Counted from the stretch's first letter, positions 9,727-20,276 are shown. The stretch is 27,556 nt of DNA from Bacteroidota bacterium (GCA_020631245.1 JAHDHP010000017.1:1-27556); one strand, 5' to 3'. A program made the numbers and translations. Notes: generated from the letters alone by a model not told the origin.

Positions 9727-9950
9727 TGAGTGAGGGATAGTAGTGGTAGCTTGACGAAACAGCCGCTTTGTGAAGTAATGACTAGCAGGGCTGACAGCGG
9801 AAGACACTGCTAGGCATATACTGAACTAGCGGATGTGAGACAACTACAAACGAATAGCCCGACCTGTATAAAAAAAGTGTGATTTTATGCCCCCAGCGAA
9901 GACGCTGGCGGGAACATGAAATCACACTTTTTTTATACAGGGCACTCCCA
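9727..9950 (+). repeat. B-element copy (structured intergenic repeat: conserved scaffold plus variable hairpin)
   Basis: 'gtgagggatagtagtggtagcttgacgaaa..ctagcagggctgac..gacactgctag..acaaacgaatagcccgacc'. A 22-bp perfect hairpin follows ('ctgtataaaaaaagtgtgattt' / 'aaatcacactttttttatacag'). Ends with 'gggcactccca'. Confidence 0.75.
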
Positions 9951-10303
9951 AAAGATAATTTATAAAAAAAATTATACCCACAAGAATTATCATAATAGGG
10001 TCATATAAAGGGCTTTTTGAAGTTTATTTAATCATCATAGTTTATTTTTTTGGCATTTATTGTAACTTATTTTTTTTAAAGGAGTCTACGTATACAAGCG
10101 GCTTTTTTAATAGTCAAGCTTACCTGTTTTTTACTAACCTACAGCAAGAGTTATTGTGTATGATCGTTTGTTATTAGCTACTATGAGTTAAGAGGATGCT
10201 TTCTCAAAATAGTAGCTATGCAACTACCTAATCATTGATACATTAGAGGTAGTGAATGTTGTTCAAAACTACTAACCCATTCATGCTCTAAAAACCCTGC
10301 TAC

Positions 10304-11149
10304 ATGCATATTCAAGGCCCTATAAATCCTGAAAATATTCAGCGAATGCGCGTGAGCGCGATCCTAAAGAAACTGCGACAATGTGGTATTCGTACAAATC
10401 TTAATCGATTTCGTGCGCAGCTCCCTAACTATCTGAGTGCTTCTGAAATAGGTGAAAAATGGTTGGCGGAATGCCGACTTTCAAAGTGGGATTTACGACG
10501 AGATTTTGTGTTTTATGCTCCCTTTGTGCTTTGGAAAAAATTACGCCCTCATCAAATGGGTTTACATATTTTAGATGCCCGTATTCACTATGGATATGAG
10601 CTTTTTCAAGAAGAAAATTTCGAAGAAGCTTGTATGCTTTGGTGGGATTGTTGGGAAAATCTAAAAGTAATGTTGCTCGATCATGATATTAAAGACTGGG
10701 ACGTATTAGAAGAACATGAGCCTAGCTTTTTTGGCTGGAAACAGTGGCAACAAGACCTCTCAAGGTTATTATTCGTAATGGCTGAAGGTGACTTATACTA
10801 TCATCAATGGCGATTACATCACAATCTAGAGGTACTCGAATTGATAGAAGATGATCCTGAAAATGAAGAGATTTGGCTGGCAATCATTGAATCTTACCTC
10901 GCTCTCGGAAATGAACGTAAGGCAGAGCAAATGGTGAATCGCTTTAACAAGTGTTTTCCAGATTCGGCTTGGGGCTATATCAGTTGGGCAGACATGTATG
11001 GTATTGCTCATCAACCCAATTACAAACTTCCATTCAATGCCCAAAAAGCATTTCGAATATATCAATTAGTTTTAGGCAAAATGGATCAGTTTGAAGAGAA
11101 AGGAATTGAGATCATTGTCAATAACCGCATTCAAGCGTTGGTGCAGTAA
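10304..11149 (+). CDS. Hypothetical cytoplasmic Trp-rich protein
   Basis: 281-aa ORF with ATG start. No recognisable motifs. Bounded by a B-element upstream and a terminator downstream. Confidence 0.6.
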   Translation: MHIQGPINPENIQRMRVSAILKKLRQCGIRTNLNRFRAQLPNYLSASEIGEKWLAECRLSKWDLRRDFVFYAPFVLWKKLRPHQMGLHILDARIHYGYELFQEENFEEACMLWWDCWENLKVMLLDHDIKDWDVLEEHEPSFFGWKQWQQDLSRLLFVMAEGDLYYHQWRLHHNLEVLELIEDDPENEEIWLAIIESYLALGNERKAEQMVNRFNKCFPDSAWGYISWADMYGIAHQPNYKLPFNAQKAFRIYQLVLGKMDQFEEKGIEIIVNNRIQALVQ

Positions 11150-11440
11150 CAAAGCACCAAGATACATGACATTAAAATGACACAAAAAGAATAAACAGTC
11201 AATAATTTGTCACATTTGTTAATTTCCTATTATAATTAGTCTTTCAATTATAAATTTATATCCAATTAATCAATGTAACAATTTGTTTTTTTACTAATTG
11301 TAAAATTGAAAGCCCTCTAGGAAAGGTGGTTGATTAGGAATTAATTTCTTTGACCACTTTTTTCAATCGAATTTAAGAAAAGAATAAAGGGGTAGAAACA
11401 GACTGACAACAACAATTTATTTCCCCTTTATATACTTACT

Positions 11441-11495
11441 TGTGCAGGGGTGCACAAAATGCGCAATACTTCAAAAGAGGTGTTGCGCTTTTTTA
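11441..11495 (+). terminator. Tandem hairpins with a T-run. Putative intrinsic terminator between convergent genes.
   Basis: 'tgtgcaggggtgcaca' hairpin. Then 'gcgcaatacttcaaaagaggtgttgcgc' (stem gcgcaa/ttgcgc) followed by 'tttttt'. Confidence 0.5.
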
Positions 11496-11631
11496 GTTTA
11501 CCTTAAGTTGCTCTCAAAACTCCTGCTTTTAGCTCCTCTAGTTGCTTTTCTTTACTCACCTGATGTTCTTCAAAAAACCATAAGTACCTGAACATAAATT
11601 ATACTATTCTCCATGTACTTATGTTGGGTAT

Positions 11632-13662
11632 TTAAAGGATAATCACTCCAGGTAACTTCTCTTGTAAGTTTGCTATTTCAAACCCCTTTCTTCGATCTAG
11701 CAAACCACCTACATTAATGCGTTTTAAGTTAGGCAATTGACTTATTACCTCTGGTAACTCACTAAAGCTAGTATGCTTTATATCTAAATAAGTGAGGTTT
11801 TCCAATTGAGCAAAATCAGCAGGTAATGAGGAAATCCAAGTAAATCCAAGATATAATTGTTGTAGGTTTTTGAGACGCCCAATTCCTTCGGGCATAGAAC
11901 GAAACTCATGATGACTAAGTATTAAACATTCTATATCTTCTAATTCATAGATGATAGTCGGAAATTCTTTTAGAGACATATATTGCAGGTTCAAGCGTTT
12001 TTGGTTGTAAAGAGGACTCAAGATTTCCATCTTTTTTTCCTTCGACACCTCTTTGCTTTCCAACAAAATATCCGCACAACGATTATAACGCTTATACACT
12101 ACCTCCGCTATTTTCCAAGCTGGGATACCACTTGTTCGTGCGTTATCATCCATTTTTCGACGCAGAAAGTAAGCCATTTTATTAGGCTCAAATTTTTTAT
12201 GCTTCAACTTCATCGCTGACTGCATCTTTTCATCTCCATACAACTTTAACAACTTCTTGGCTTCTGCTCGATTAGTCCGACTTGTTCCAATCAAATAATT
12301 GATATACACTAATGGAATGAGTTCTTTGGGCAATCCTCCTCCTCGCATCATTTGTAAAGCAATTCCCACATTATCATCATCACCCGTTTTCATTAAGGTC
12401 TCAATCTGTTCGATGAAACCATTCTCCTCGACTGTCGCATCCAATAAATAGGCATCTTCTACTTCATTAAAGTAGCTCTGTAATTCTACATCTGTTACAA
12501 AAACAATCCCCTCTTTGCCCAATCCTTCTACATACTTACTATGCTTTCCAAGCAATACATGGGTGGTATTTTTAGTCACCTTCGACCCTAATTTTGCTTG
12601 TAAGCCTTCTAGTTTTTCTTTGATTTCTTTGCGGGTAAAAATAGCCCGACCAAACATTGCCAACTCGTCACCTGCCTGAATAGGCCGGTCTTTTAACGAA
12701 GGACTTTTTAAATACTTCTTTGCATTTTTAAAAGCACGTTCACTATTCATGGGCAAAATAGCCGCTATTTCTGCTCGCGAATAAGTCGTTAACAAATCTT
12801 CTTTTGCCCCCTCATATACTTCGTAAATCGGATATCGCATTTCTTTGGGAACCTTCTTCTTACCTAGAAATTCCAACAAATCATTAAAGTCTCTTTCTGT
12901 TATCCCTGCTGGAAGAATATTCGCTCCTACAGAAACTCGTGATAATTTTGGAAAATAAAGTAAGCTTTTCTGAAAGCCTTCTATTCGATTTCTAAAAATG
13001 CTTAAAAATTCAAGGGCTTCTAGTTGGGTCAAAAAATCAGGTATAGTAGTCAATTGATTCGCTCCAATAACCAAATCTCTCAAAGCACTACATTTACTCA
13101 ATTCTGCTGGCAATTCTGTTAGCTCCATACGTCCTGCGTATAATTGCTCCAATTTGGTCAATTGACCTATTTTGGGGGAAAGAACCTTGATTGGGTTTTG
13201 AGGAATACGTAAAAAAACTAGATTTTCTAAATCGAATAACTCATCGGGTAATTCGGTTAACAGGTTGTTGCCAAGTATTAGGTGCTTTAAGCTTTTACAT
13301 TTTCCAATTTCAGGTGGAATAACAGTCAATTGGTTACCACTTATATCCAAGTACTCTAACTGTGTTAAATTACCAATACTTGCAGGTATTTCTTTGATCT
13401 TATTACTAGAAACATTCAAACGTTTTAGCGACGGGAAATCACCTAAGTTACTAGGAAGTGCTTCCAGCTTATTGTTGTTGTAATTAATATACTCTAGCTT
13501 CGTTAACTGCACCAACTCTGCTGGAAATTCGCTCATCGCATTGTAAGCAAAATTCAATGACTCCAAATTCACACATTCCAATATATTTTTAGGAAAATGT
13601 TTTCGATTGGTACTTTGTTTATATATAGCTTTTATCTCTTTAGGATCTTCGTTTAATTTCAT
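11632..13662 (-). CDS. LRR protein paralog 1. N- and C-terminal leucine-rich repeats flank a central BRCT-like / 'GGGLP' module.
   Basis: 676 aa. Repeats of the form 'LxxLxLxxNxLxxLPxxIGxL'. Central 'KNTTHVLLGKHSKYVEGLG' (BRCT-like) and 'ALQMMRGGGLPKELIPLVYINYL'. Shares its architecture with the ORFs at 22350-24623 and 24878-27319. Confidence 0.85.
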   Translation of the reverse strand: MKLNEDPKEIKAIYKQSTNRKHFPKNILECVNLESLNFAYNAMSEFPAELVQLTKLEYINYNNNKLEALPSNLGDFPSLKRLNVSSNKIKEIPASIGNLTQLEYLDISGNQLTVIPPEIGKCKSLKHLILGNNLLTELPDELFDLENLVFLRIPQNPIKVLSPKIGQLTKLEQLYAGRMELTELPAELSKCSALRDLVIGANQLTTIPDFLTQLEALEFLSIFRNRIEGFQKSLLYFPKLSRVSVGANILPAGITERDFNDLLEFLGKKKVPKEMRYPIYEVYEGAKEDLLTTYSRAEIAAILPMNSERAFKNAKKYLKSPSLKDRPIQAGDELAMFGRAIFTRKEIKEKLEGLQAKLGSKVTKNTTHVLLGKHSKYVEGLGKEGIVFVTDVELQSYFNEVEDAYLLDATVEENGFIEQIETLMKTGDDDNVGIALQMMRGGGLPKELIPLVYINYLIGTSRTNRAEAKKLLKLYGDEKMQSAMKLKHKKFEPNKMAYFLRRKMDDNARTSGIPAWKIAEVVYKRYNRCADILLESKEVSKEKKMEILSPLYNQKRLNLQYMSLKEFPTIIYELEDIECLILSHHEFRSMPEGIGRLKNLQQLYLGFTWISSLPADFAQLENLTYLDIKHTSFSELPEVISQLPNLKRINVGGLLDRRKGFEIANLQEKLPGVIIL

Positions 13663-13682
13663 ATCTATTTATTTTTATTTTT

Positions 13683-13897
13683 TGGGCGTGCCCCCATTTT
13701 TGCCAATCAAGCTGTTAGGTTTTCCCAAGCTGACAGGTTTTGATTGGCAAAAATGGGGTCGGGCTTTCGGCTAATAGTTGTCTCTTAGTAGCCTGTTCAG
13801 CTAAACGCCTAGCAGTGTCTTCCTTCGTCAGCCCTGCTAGTCGAAGCTTCACAAGGCTCCTACTTCGCCAATCTTCCGCCTCTATCCCTCACGCGAG
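13683..13897 (-). repeat. B-element copy in inverted orientation, ending ~20 bp upstream of the LRR paralog 1 start codon
   Basis: Reverse complement reads 'tcgcgtgagggatag..gactagcagggctgacgaaggaagacactgctag..agcccgacc', then the hairpin 'catttttgccaatcaa..ttgattggcaaaaatg', then 'gggggcacgccca'. Confidence 0.75.
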
Positions 13898-14097
13898 ACA
13901 ATGACTGAATGAGCGAATGACTGCATGATTGAATGAGTGTTACGCAGATATTTTAATAAGAATACTTTTGTCCCAAAGGGACATTATCTTTAACTTGAGG
14001 CACCGCCTCAAGCAATAAAATCAGCCCGAAACGTCTATGTCCTGAAGGGACAAAAGCACTAAGACAGAACTTCTTAAGCAAGACAAGTTTATTAGCC

Positions 14098-14272
14098 ATT
14101 ATACATCGTTTATTATCGAATGTATCGCTTTTACAAAGGTATAACGCGTAAGGGCATCCCTTGTGGGTGCCTCCGATGGAACGATTGACGATTTACGTGC
14201 GACGAAGGTACTTTTTTCCTTCACTATACATCGTATATTGTCAAATGAATCGCCTTTATAAGGAACAACACC
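14098..14272. repeat. Pair of ~50-bp direct repeats (D-elements, 'ttatacatcgtttattatcgaatgtatcgcttttacaaaggtataac') flanking a C-element copy (14188-14222)
   Basis: 14100-14150 and 14223-14272 align directly with a few substitutions. 'gacgatttacgtgcgacgaaggtactttt' at 14188-14222 matches 64-100. Confidence 0.5.
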
Positions 14273-14694
14273 AGACAATGATAGTACAAATAAGATCTAT
14301 CTTATCTCTAAGAAAATCTGTGGTTAATCAATTCTTTTTGAAGAAAAATAATTCCTTTTTTTTGTACATTCGGGAACTATAATTACCTTTAGTGCTGTTA
14401 TATAAACGTGGCTGTTCACAAATACCTACACAATACCATTCCAACAGGTATTATTTTTGTGTTAACAGTGTTAATTAACCATTTTTTATTTCCCTATCAA
14501 TTTCACCAACTTCCTTTTTTTATGATGACTAGGATCAGGTAATATTATTTTTTACAAGCATTTTGCCATATTTCCCAAATATGTTGCAAAGAAAGAAAAG
14601 TTTATCTATTTCCTAATTATCAAACTCTACAAAGATTATCTAACCTAAAGATACTCTTTTAGGAATCCTTTGTTTGGCAGAAATCTACTAATCC

Positions 14695-17600
14695 ATGCAG
14701 TTAATACAAGAAGTCCATTTGCATTTCCAAGATGCAAAGTCTGATAAGGTTTACGAAGTATATTTATACGAAGTAGGCAACGACCAATATCTCGTCAACT
14801 TCAAATACGGACGTCGAGGAGCCAATTTAAAAGAAGGCACCAAAACGGATCAACCTGTAAACCGAGCAAAGGCAGATAGTATATTTGAGAAGTTAGTAAG
14901 TTCCAAAACAAAGAAAGGTTATCAACAAGTACAAACTAATACTACTTCCTCCACTCCTCCCCCTCCAAGTTCCAATTGGGATCGTGAAGCTGCCACACAT
15001 GTCTTATTAACTTATCTTCAAGAAGCAATTAATAATCCAACGTCAAAGCCTTCTGAGCCAAAGAAAGACACTACTAATTCAAACAATAATAATCGTAATA
15101 AACCGCAGTCAGTTTGGGGAGCAATTACCAAATGGATAAAAGGGGAAGATACGACAAACAATAATCCTACTAGTAGTGCCACAAATGATGATACACCTCG
15201 TCAGCGACCAATAAGTCGAATTGTATGGCGTGTTGGAGAATTGCGTATAAAAGAAGCAACTCCACTCCTACTTCAGCTTCCTATTACCGACAAAATAATC
15301 GATCAATATAGCCTTGTTTGGGCATTGGGACGATGTGGTGATCCGAGTGCGATCCCTACTTTAGAAAATATGTTATCTGCTAAAGATGGGATTCCAGCCG
15401 TTCAACTATTGGCTGCCGAAGCCAAAATGGCTTTACTCGATAAAGCGGGGCAAAAATCTTGGAGTGAAGTGCTATTCAAAGCCCTTCCTATTGCCTTCCA
15501 AAATCATATACAAACTGAAAATATTGGAGGATTAATCAACTCCATCAATGAGCAAATAGAAGATAAAAAAGAAGCCTATCAACTCATTGCACATCTCTAC
15601 CTTATTTCTAACCATTATACAACTGCCAAACAAGCTGTTCATCAATGGGTGCAGGCTGCTCCTTTCAAAGGAAGTGGTTATTTCAAAAGTATTCGACAAT
15701 TATATAAAACAGCAGAATTCCGAGATGATGCAGCTTTATGGGGCTTGATAGTTCATCGTGTCTACACTTCTCGCGCTCCTTTCTACATCACTACTTGGAG
15801 TTATTACTATCGTAATGATGGTAAGATTCACTGTAACTCCGTGTTTTTCCCGAATGAAAATAGCAAGCGCAAAGGCTATGACAAGGATTACAACTATGTG
15901 CGTGGTGATTATATTCGAACTTTAGATGAGGTAAAAAAACCCAATTCACGGCTTGGCTTTTCGGAAGGAAGCAAAAAATATATTCAAAAACGAAGCTGGC
16001 GTGTTATCAAACGTCAAGCAGAAGCTGGAGAAGCAATGACCTATGTAAAAATGGCGGTTGGCTTTTTACTTGCCTTCACTGATGAGGACAAACAAGACAT
16101 TCCTCCTTTCGAATTTTATCGTTACAAACGCGTAGATGGTCGCTGGCGAAGTATTCGAGAATTGATCCACTACCCACCCTATGCTAACTATAGCACCTTT
16201 AATCATATTCTATATAGCAATAGCCCTCGTTTCGAATACCGAAACAATAATAATTGGGTGTATAAAAAAGAGGTGAGTAAAGATACGCCAGCTCCTACTA
16301 CTCGTGAAGAAGCTTACCCGCATTTCTGGGATGAAATACCACAAGGCATCCTTCACCTATTAGCAGAAAGCAACTGTGAAGCAGTCAATGAATTTGCTGT
16401 AAAAGCAGCAAAAGCGAATCTTAATAAGATAACTCCTCTCATCAATGTAGCATTTATCAAATTGCTACTCAATAAAAAATACAAGGATACTGCCTTATTG
16501 AGCATTGAACTAGCCAAAGCAATTTATGACCCATCTAATCCAGATACAGAGCTTATTTTAGCTCTCTTGAATGCAGTTGTACCAGAAGCGCGAAATTTAG
16601 GACTAGAGTGGTTACGCGTACAAAAAGATTTTTATTTCCAAGATGCTGATTTTGTAACGGCTTGTGTATTCAATCCTCATAAAGATATTCAAGAGGAATT
16701 AGACAACTTGCTAGGTAATCATACCTTTAGTGATGATCTAAATACTGCTATTGTTGCCAAAGTAACCGCTCGTTTATTGGCTTATCCTGCCGAAGTTACC
16801 GACGAAGATCGAAAAGCGATATTACAGGCAGCCGAATACCTCAATAAACACTTTACAGCTACACTTCAGCAAACGAGTATACAAACCATTCAGGATTTCT
16901 TGGACCACCCTGTTTCTGAGGTCAAAGTTTTTGGAGCCAAAATATTACTCAATCACCCTACTGATATAAAAGACTTACCTGAACAAACCATTGCTTCATT
17001 GATTAATGGGGAGTCAGCAGAAATGCGAGCAGTAGGAACACAATTACTAGGAAAACTTCCAAAAGAAGAATTACTAAAGAAGCAAGAATTACTAAAAGAA
17101 CTGTGTTTATCACCTCATCCAGAGGTACGTCAAAGCATCCAAAAAGTCATTGCCGAATTAGCCAATGAAAACAAGGAGTTTGGAGATAGTTTTACCCAAC
17201 AAATTGTTCCTCAATTATTGAAGCGAGAAGAACACGAAGGACGTGATACAGATATAAGTACCCTATTAAAAGATCATTTGAGTGCGCATCTACCTACCAT
17301 TCCTTTGCGTATGATTCTCAAATTGATTTACTCGCCTCGCCAAGCTGCCAATCAAATGGGTGGATATTTACTGGTCAGCCATGTTAAAGAACCTGACCTG
17401 AAAATGCGACAAATTGTACGCTTGGCAAATCATGAAATGCAGGAAATACGCGATTGGGTAAAAGCAGCTTACAATAATAATATTCCACGAGTTAAATACG
17501 AACTCAAAGAATCGATTCGCTTAGTGGATGCCAAATGGGATGATAGTCGTGAGTTCGCTTTCAACTATTTCCGTCAACAACTGAGCAAAGAAGATTGGAC

Positions 17601-18075
17601 GCCAGATATTTTGGTGAGTATTTGTGATAGTGTCAATGTACCTGTACAGCAATTTGGGAAAGAAATGATTACTCGCTTTTTTGAAGAGAAAAACGGCGAA
17701 CAATATCTCCTTCAGCTTAGTCAACATCCTACTGCTGATCTCCAAAGCTTTGCCACCAATTACTTGGATCGTTTCGCCTCTGATAATCCAGAAAATATCG
17801 TCAAACTAGAATTATATTTCGTTACTGTACTATCTGGTGTTAATAAGTCAAGAGTGGCTAAAAAACGCATCTTCGAATTCTTGAGAAAAGAGGGTTTGAA
17901 GAGTGAAGAAACAGCTAAACTGGTAGCGGGAATCCTAAAAAGACAATCAGCTACTATGGCAATTGGAGATAAGGCAAAGTGTATCAGTATTATGCGTGAT
18001 TTAGATGCCATTTATCCGAATTTAGAGTTGCCAATAAAGGTAAAAGAAGTAGCAGATTTCCCAATAAATACGTAA
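14695..18075 (+). CDS. WGR-domain protein with an S/T/N/P-rich linker, HEAT-like repeats and a long C-terminal region (MolR / DUF4132-like architecture)
   Basis: N-terminal WGR signature 'KVYEVYLYEVGNDQYLVNFKYGRRGANLKEGTK..KGYQQV'. Low-complexity segment at ~aa 80-180. PBS-lyase/HEAT-like 'WALGRCGDPSAIPTLENML'. 1126 aa, ATG start. Confidence 0.85.
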   Translation: MQLIQEVHLHFQDAKSDKVYEVYLYEVGNDQYLVNFKYGRRGANLKEGTKTDQPVNRAKADSIFEKLVSSKTKKGYQQVQTNTTSSTPPPPSSNWDREAATHVLLTYLQEAINNPTSKPSEPKKDTTNSNNNNRNKPQSVWGAITKWIKGEDTTNNNPTSSATNDDTPRQRPISRIVWRVGELRIKEATPLLLQLPITDKIIDQYSLVWALGRCGDPSAIPTLENMLSAKDGIPAVQLLAAEAKMALLDKAGQKSWSEVLFKALPIAFQNHIQTENIGGLINSINEQIEDKKEAYQLIAHLYLISNHYTTAKQAVHQWVQAAPFKGSGYFKSIRQLYKTAEFRDDAALWGLIVHRVYTSRAPFYITTWSYYYRNDGKIHCNSVFFPNENSKRKGYDKDYNYVRGDYIRTLDEVKKPNSRLGFSEGSKKYIQKRSWRVIKRQAEAGEAMTYVKMAVGFLLAFTDEDKQDIPPFEFYRYKRVDGRWRSIRELIHYPPYANYSTFNHILYSNSPRFEYRNNNNWVYKKEVSKDTPAPTTREEAYPHFWDEIPQGILHLLAESNCEAVNEFAVKAAKANLNKITPLINVAFIKLLLNKKYKDTALLSIELAKAIYDPSNPDTELILALLNAVVPEARNLGLEWLRVQKDFYFQDADFVTACVFNPHKDIQEELDNLLGNHTFSDDLNTAIVAKVTARLLAYPAEVTDEDRKAILQAAEYLNKHFTATLQQTSIQTIQDFLDHPVSEVKVFGAKILLNHPTDIKDLPEQTIASLINGESAEMRAVGTQLLGKLPKEELLKKQELLKELCLSPHPEVRQSIQKVIAELANENKEFGDSFTQQIVPQLLKREEHEGRDTDISTLLKDHLSAHLPTIPLRMILKLIYSPRQAANQMGGYLLVSHVKEPDLKMRQIVRLANHEMQEIRDWVKAAYNNNIPRVKYELKESIRLVDAKWDDSREFAFNYFRQQLSKEDWTPDILVSICDSVNVPVQQFGKEMITRFFEEKNGEQYLLQLSQHPTADLQSFATNYLDRFASDNPENIVKLELYFVTVLSGVNKSRVAKKRIFEFLRKEGLKSEETAKLVAGILKRQSATMAIGDKAKCISIMRDLDAIYPNLELPIKVKEVADFPINT

Positions 18076-18080
18076 TGTAG

Positions 18081-18100
18081 AGACCTTGCGTGCAAGGTCT
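18081..18100 (+). other. Short perfect hairpin between the WGR and SWIM genes
   Basis: 'agaccttgcgtgcaaggtct' is an 8-9-bp palindromic stem. No T-run follows, so it is not called a terminator. Confidence 0.3.
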
Positions 18101-18163
18101 AAATAAAAATATTACGTACAACATCTGATTCGCCAATAAACAAAATAAAAAATAACACCCAAT

Positions 18164-19804
18164 ATGTTATTCAATTACAAATATAGTGGAAGTACTTCAG
18201 TAGAGAGCAATAGTAGCTCTACCAATATGTCTTTCGCACCAGATACGCTTCGAGAACCCACCTTTTTTCGAGGTACACTAGCCAAAAACATTCCCTTTCG
18301 GGAAGCTATCTCTGCGCTTCATGATGTAGTAGTATCTGACCTACGTTGGAAACCCAAAGATCGCGAGGAATATAAAGCTTGGGCAGCACAACAAGAACAA
18401 CTATACCTAGAAACGATACAGTCTCAAAAAAGTGCTAATGAGGAAAAAATTAAGGAAGTACGTGCCAAGTTAAATGTCTTAAATGACCAGTCAAATGCCA
18501 TCATGGCTCCTTATTATACTGCACGACGAAAGTACTTCGACTATATCTACAAAAAAGATCGTGACGCTTGGTTTGTACTAGATCCAGTCATTACTGTACA
18601 CCCTGACGAAATCTTTTACGAGTGTTTTAGCCAAGATGAATCCACTTATGGACGCTTGGGTTGTAGCTATGAGGTCTTTAAAAATATCAACGAATTTGAG
18701 TGCGGTACTACGAATATCGACTACTCGGATGCCCTATACAAAGAATTTCAAAAAATACGCGACTACAAAGAAACTGACTTTGTTGTTGACCCAAGTGGCT
18801 TTGAAGTAACCACTGAAAACGAAGACACTTACAAAGAGCTAAAGATTGACCTCCCAGATAGTTGGGTACGTGGCTTCTTACAAGTAAGCTCAGCCATGAC
18901 ACTCGACACTACTGAGTTTAATCTACATCCTCTCGATGTCTACAATTTCTTATTCATTCTCAAACGTTTCAAAGAGAAAAAAGGACCTCGTTCCATTCGC
19001 TTCAAATTGAAACCAGGAGCACCTATCAAAGCTGTGTTTGAGCCGTGGAATTATGAAATAGTTTGTGATCGTAGTATTTACCCAGGAAACGAAGAGAAAG
19101 AAATCCGCATTTGGGGACGCCGTCGCCTACTAATTTTGGAACGTCTTATTCCTGTAACCAAAACCTTCAAAGTACGCCTTTTAGGAACAGGACTCCCCTC
19201 TTTCTTTATCGCTGATTTAGGAAATATGTCCTTTACATTAGGTTTATCGGGCTGGACTAAAAACGACTGGTCACGAGCAGGCAATTTCGACTTGATGGCT
19301 CCACGTGCCGAAGTCGATTTATTCACCAAGAACAAAGTCTTCCAATCACTCAAAGAAGACTGGCGCATGTCGGCAGATGATTTGTCGAAGAAAATGAAAC
19401 TCGACAAAGCCATCATTACAGGTGCATTATCTGCCTACACACAAGCAGGAAGTGTTATGTACGATATGAACAAAGACATGTATCGAGTACGAGAGCTAAG
19501 TCGTGAGCCACTACCTTTTGAGAAGCTTCGTTTTTCGAATGAGCGTGAACAACTTGCCAACGAATACCTCAAAGATGAGGCAGTAAAAGTGGAAGTAGAA
19601 TATCCAGGTGATGGCGTGAAAAAACTGAAAGGAGTGGTTGAAAGTCGCTCCAATCGAAAGAAATTTAATACCGAATTGGTGATTGATGGCGACCAGCGTT
19701 TGGTCAAAGCCAACTGCAATTGCCGATTCATACAAAAAAACAAATTGTTTAAAGGTCCTTGTGAGCATATTCTAGCCACCCGCTTAAAAAGCAATCAAGG
19801 ATAA
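18164..19804 (+). CDS. SWIM zinc-finger protein (YehQ-like)
   Basis: C-terminal CxC-x(n)-CxH signature 'CNCRFIQKNKLFKGPCEHILATRL'. 546 aa. Its stop codon lies about 10 bp before the first unit of the repeat array. Confidence 0.8.
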   Translation: MLFNYKYSGSTSVESNSSSTNMSFAPDTLREPTFFRGTLAKNIPFREAISALHDVVVSDLRWKPKDREEYKAWAAQQEQLYLETIQSQKSANEEKIKEVRAKLNVLNDQSNAIMAPYYTARRKYFDYIYKKDRDAWFVLDPVITVHPDEIFYECFSQDESTYGRLGCSYEVFKNINEFECGTTNIDYSDALYKEFQKIRDYKETDFVVDPSGFEVTTENEDTYKELKIDLPDSWVRGFLQVSSAMTLDTTEFNLHPLDVYNFLFILKRFKEKKGPRSIRFKLKPGAPIKAVFEPWNYEIVCDRSIYPGNEEKEIRIWGRRRLLILERLIPVTKTFKVRLLGTGLPSFFIADLGNMSFTLGLSGWTKNDWSRAGNFDLMAPRAEVDLFTKNKVFQSLKEDWRMSADDLSKKMKLDKAIITGALSAYTQAGSVMYDMNKDMYRVRELSREPLPFEKLRFSNEREQLANEYLKDEAVKVEVEYPGDGVKKLKGVVESRSNRKKFNTELVIDGDQRLVKANCNCRFIQKNKLFKGPCEHILATRLKSNQG

Positions 19805-19814
19805 ACAAACGAAA

Positions 19815-20001
19815 GAGCTTGCAATCTATGGGCGGTGTATCACCGCTTTTGTTGACAATCTTAGCATACACCACTAGCCGTCTCTTTAAGATGCGATCTA
19901 GCACTACTATCGGGTTTTCTGGCTCGATTTCATAAATCAAAACCCGATAGTAGTGCGAGATCGCTTGGAGTTGAGTCATCTAGTACCGAGCTTCATCGAA
20001 G
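19815..20001 (+). ncRNA. Array unit 1 (putative retron ncRNA). Unique hairpin at 19893-19974.
   Basis: 26-bp stem 'gcgatctagcactactatcgggtttt' / 'aaaacccgatagtagtgcgagatcgc' with one mismatch. 20-nt loop 'ctggctcgatttcataaatc'. Confidence 0.6.
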
Positions 20002-20055
20002 CCTTTTCGTTTCATTCTTTATTTCGTTATTTGACATTTTTAAAACCATACGCAC

Positions 20056-20242
20056 GAGCTTGCAATCTATGGGCGGTGTTTCGCCGTTTTTGTTGACAAT
20101 CTTAGCATACACCACTAGCTACCTCTTTAAGTTGCGTACTATCAGATATATTCGGTTTTCTGTTTGGCTTTCGTCAAGCTAAACCGAATATATCTAATCG
20201 TCCGCTTGGAGTTGAGTCATCTAGTACCGAGCTTCATCGAAG
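20056..20242 (+). ncRNA. Array unit 2. Unique hairpin at 20134-20205.
   Basis: Basal 'gcg/cgc', then an interior loop. 15-bp perfect stem 'agatatattcggttt' / 'aaaccgaatatatct'. Loop 'tctgtttggctttcgtcaagct'. Confidence 0.6.
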
Positions 20243-20276
20243 TACACGCGTATGGTTCTCGTAATTTACACCTACT

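Noticed and set aside
14161-14382. 73-aa ORF in the repeat-dense intergenic region
   Set aside because: It spans C/D repeat elements. It has no RBS-like context and no motifs, so it is likely non-coding.
18081-18100. Intrinsic terminator between the WGR and SWIM genes
   Set aside because: A perfect hairpin is present, but there is no downstream U-run on either strand. The two genes look co-transcribed, so it is kept only as a low-confidence structural feature.
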